DNA of 63,481 nucleotides, counting the filler, from Folioceros fuciformis (lineage: Eukaryota): the NCBI GenBank assembly GCA_049999805.1. It is 4 parts of 3 records of this genome, joined end to end, with 100 filler letters (N's around TTAATTAATTAA, not from the genome) between each part and the next. Parts side by side here need not be neighbours in the genome. Positions count along the whole stretch, not along the records: positions 60,282 to 63,481 come from JBNGIO010006324.1; 3 more parts are not named here. One strand, written 5' to 3'. The translations under genes were made by a program, and so were the position numbers. This document shows, piece by piece, positions 60,359-63,481 of this stretch. Below the pieces are notes generated by a model that was not told where the DNA came from, made no database searches, and worked only from the letters and a program-made list of their open reading frames with translations. The first letter of the stretch is position 1. Every line of letters begins with the position of its first letter.

Positions 60359-63300
60359 TGTTAAATAATACGATATATATTATGTAACATTAGGTTATAC
60401 CAAGTAGATTACTTAATAGGTTTAATTTCAGTTATAACCGTTTCACAGCGGTTGGACATATATGTAGGCATTACTTGCTTAATAAAAACTATGCTTTGTG
60501 TGTGCATCGCGAGCTCTGCATTACTTTACATGGTATCAGAGCAGGGTGATCTGTTACCCTGTTAGATGCTCTTGTCTTAAGATGGAATTATCTACAAGGC
60601 AGAGCGGTTTTTAATTGAAGTTCGGATAGCGGCTAATGAAGCAGGTAGCAAGATGCCTCGCAAAGGATTTTGCAGGCATTCCTTTGTGGACAATTTGAAT
60701 TGCAAGAGGGATAAGGTGAAGACTCAAGTTACACTTGAAGATTGGGATTTTCAGGAAGCCTTTGAATGCCTCTTCTTCAAGCAGAATATTCCACGATCAC
60801 AGAAGATAGAGAGGGTTCGTTTTTTGCAGGAGTTTGTTGATTCCTATCCGCCAAAGTTTTGTCAGCCTGTGTCCCCTGCAATTTCAATTAGTCCCAACAG
60901 GTTAGAGAGATTCTCATCAGTCCTAGTACAAGAGGAGCGGTGTGATTCATCCCCTACCTGTTGCGCTCAGGCTAATTTGTTCACTTCTGCCTTTAATAGC
61001 CATAATTCCAGACTCGCAGATCTGTCCAGCAAGATAGACAATATTATTGTTAGGCTAGACAGGTTAGAGAAAACATCAGAATCAGACAAGTTTGCCTCTG
61101 TTTCACAAGAGCTAGAGGTCAAAAGACATGCTAAAGAAATCCGAGAGATTCGTCAGCAGCTCGGGTCGGATGTCCCTATGAAACCATACTCATCTTGAGT
61201 CCCAATGGTGATGGCGGGGACAGCGTCAGATGGCTCTGACCGTCTCCAGGAGAAGGATCGTTTGACTCCTTCAAATTATGATTCCTGGAGCTTTCGTATC
61301 CGATGTATTCTGGAAGAGAAGCAACTCATGGATGTTGTGGATGGCACTAACCCTAAGCGGGTGGCAGGTCAGCCGTCCGGACCATCCTCACCAGGAGGAA
61401 CAGTTCCTACCTGGACAATAAAGCAGGCAGAGGAGTGGCTTACGAAGGACAGAAAGGCACGAGCACTTCTTGTGTCTTCGGTGTCCCAAGATACGATTCC
61501 TCACATCAAATTGACCAGCACCTCAAACGAAGTCTGGTCACTGTTGAGTGAGACTTATGAATCCAAGGATATGATGACGGAAGTTGCAGCAACTCTACAT
61601 TTTCAGACACTTAGAATGAAAGAGTCTGATTCTGTGGAGGATCACAGTACAAAGTTCCGTGCAGCCAGAGCTAAGCTGGCATCTTGTGGAGTTATTGTCT
61701 CTGAGGACAGAGCAGCAATTCAACTCCTTGCGTCCCTGCCACCAAGCTATGAACAGTTTAGCGCAAGCCAACAAGCAATTGCGGTTAAAATCCCTGCAAC
61801 TGCTACAACACCGGCTACATCCAACCTAACAGTACAGAAGTTGGTTGGTGCATTGCTTCAGGCTGAGGCCAACAGGAAGCATATGTTGAAGCCCGGTTCG
61901 TCTCAGAAACATGGCGATACAGCTCTCTTCAGTGGGAGAGGTCGTGGTAGATTTCGTGGCAGGGGAGTTCGTGGCAGAGGTGGTTCAGTAAGGGGCAGAG
62001 GACAAGCGTCCTCATCTGATCCTAACACTGCAAAGAAACCAGGTGTATGTAATTACTGCGGTAAGCCTAATCATTGGATTAAGGACTGCAGAAAGAAAAA
62101 GGCTGACGATGCTGCAAAGGGCAAGCAATCTGAGACACATGTGACCAGAGCATCTACTCCCGGCCTGCTGGTTATGTGTCTGGCATCATCTTCTCGCGAT
62201 ACTTATCACTGGTTTCTAGACAGTGGAGCTTCAAATCACATGTGTTCCATGAGGAAAGCTTTTGTTTCTTATACTCCAACCTCACCTGGCCATACGCATG
62301 CGGTGGTGTTAGGAGACAATTCAGCTTTACCCATCAAAGGATCAGGAACAGTTCAAGTTACCTTGCAGAATGGTAGTCCTTTTGAACTGCATGATACTCT
62401 CCATGTTCCTTTGTTGACCAAGAACTTGGTTAGTACTATGGCATTAGGGAAGACTGGCTTATACAAAATTACCTTTGAAGGGTTAGAATGTGCTGTTTCC
62501 CTTATGAAGCCTCCACACACAGTTCTAGCTCGAGGTAGACCTTTGTATGATCTGTATCTCCTCGATTTCTTCATAGATGTTCCTGCACCTTCAGTAAATG
62601 TGGCAGATGCCAAGGTTTCAGTTAGTCAGTCATACCTGTGGCACTGTCGACTTGGCCACCCGAATCTTCAAGCCATGCGCAGATTACTGAAGGAGAAGAT
62701 GGTGACTAGATTGTCCGAGAGTGAACTGTCCGATTTGGAGCAATGTGTTGCCTGTATTCATGGCAAACAGTTTAAATCTCATTTCGGCAGTGGTCAACCT
62801 CGTAAGGTTACTGAAACTTTGGACTTGATTCATTCTGATATATGTGGACCAATGTCCACACACTCATGGGGAGGCGCACGTTATTTTGTCGTCTTTGAGG
62901 ATGACAAGACGCATTTTACAGTGACCACACTTCTCCGACGCAAGAGTGAACTGTTCAACTGTTTTAGGACGTACCTTGCATATGCAGAGCGACAAACAGG
63001 CTTGAAGATTAAGTGTTTACGTTCTGACAACGCCAAGGAGTATTTATCTACAACATTTCAAGAGTTTTGTGAGGAGAGAGGGATAACCAGGTAGTTAACG
63101 ATACCCTATCATTCAGAAATGAATGGCAGGGCTGAGAGGAGGCATCGTACCATACAGGACGCAGCTCGTTCTCTGTTGTTCTAGGGGAGACTTCCTGTTC
63201 GTTTTTGGGCAGAAGCTGTCCAGGTTGCCACATACTTACAGAACAGGACTGCAGTCTCCTCCTTACATGGTAAGACTCCGTATGAGGCTTGGACGGGGGT

Positions 63301-63481
63301 TAGGCCAGACTTGTCTCATCTTCGTGTATTTGGAAGTACTGCTTATGCCCATATTCCCGACAAGCTGCGCAAGAAGTTTTCCTTCAAGTCCAAGCGCCAT
63401 ATCTTCATTGGTTATACTGTTGGCATTCATGGGTATAAACTCTTTGACCCTGTGTCCCACAAAGTGATTCATGCCCGCACG
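60359..63481 (+). mobile_element. Ty1/Copia retrotransposon: 5' LTR, PBS, extra ORF, gag-pol running off the window
   Basis: Putative 172-bp LTR TGTTAAA...TTTACA (60359-60530) and perfect PBS TGGTATCAGAGC (60531-60542). Gag-pol from 61205 has CNYCGKPNHWIKDC, WFLDSGASNHM, WHCRLGH/CVAC, HSDICGP and RSDN, with in-frame TAG stops at 63092 and 63182. Confidence 0.95.
60653..61198 (+). CDS. Unknown 181-aa ORF between PBS and gag, with a C-terminal coiled-coil-like segment
   Basis: ATG-initiated uninterrupted ORF ending 6 nt before the gag ATG in the same frame; heptad-like LADLSSKIDNIIVRLDRLEK. Confidence 0.5.
   Translation: MPRKGFCRHSFVDNLNCKRDKVKTQVTLEDWDFQEAFECLFFKQNIPRSQKIERVRFLQEFVDSYPPKFCQPVSPAISISPNRLERFSSVLVQEERCDSSPTCCAQANLFTSAFNSHNSRLADLSSKIDNIIVRLDRLEKTSESDKFASVSQELEVKRHAKEIREIRQQLGSDVPMKPYSS

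Noticed and set aside
63092-63184. Idea that TAG stops in the Copia pol are repaired by U-to-C editing
   Set aside because: PPR-mediated editing is known only in organelles; deamination of methylated cytosine explains the stops more simply.

Overview
Eukaryotic nuclear DNA from a seed-free land plant, most likely a fern (inferred from the DYW:KP-type PPR protein and the PPR motif style). The window has six 100-bp assembly gaps, three of which contain an artificial TTAATTAATTAA linker. Genes: a 9-exon DDX6/RH6-8-12 DEAD-box helicase with one GC-AG intron, an intronless TMEM45/DUF716 protein, two intact PLS-E+ PPR genes and one pseudogene (all with unusually long L motifs), a single-finger QALGGH C2H2 EAR repressor, a PLS-class PPR with a DYW:KP domain (candidate U-to-C editing factor), a gap-interrupted MATE transporter and a 21-exon TWD40-2 (TPLATE complex). 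Mobile DNA: three Copia pieces, a decayed LINE with a probable solo-LTR insertion and a decayed MULE transposase. The best candidate for something new is the protein at 35773-38256, which fuses an OSB-type PDF ssDNA-binding motif, a PPR array and a DYW:KP domain in one ORF.
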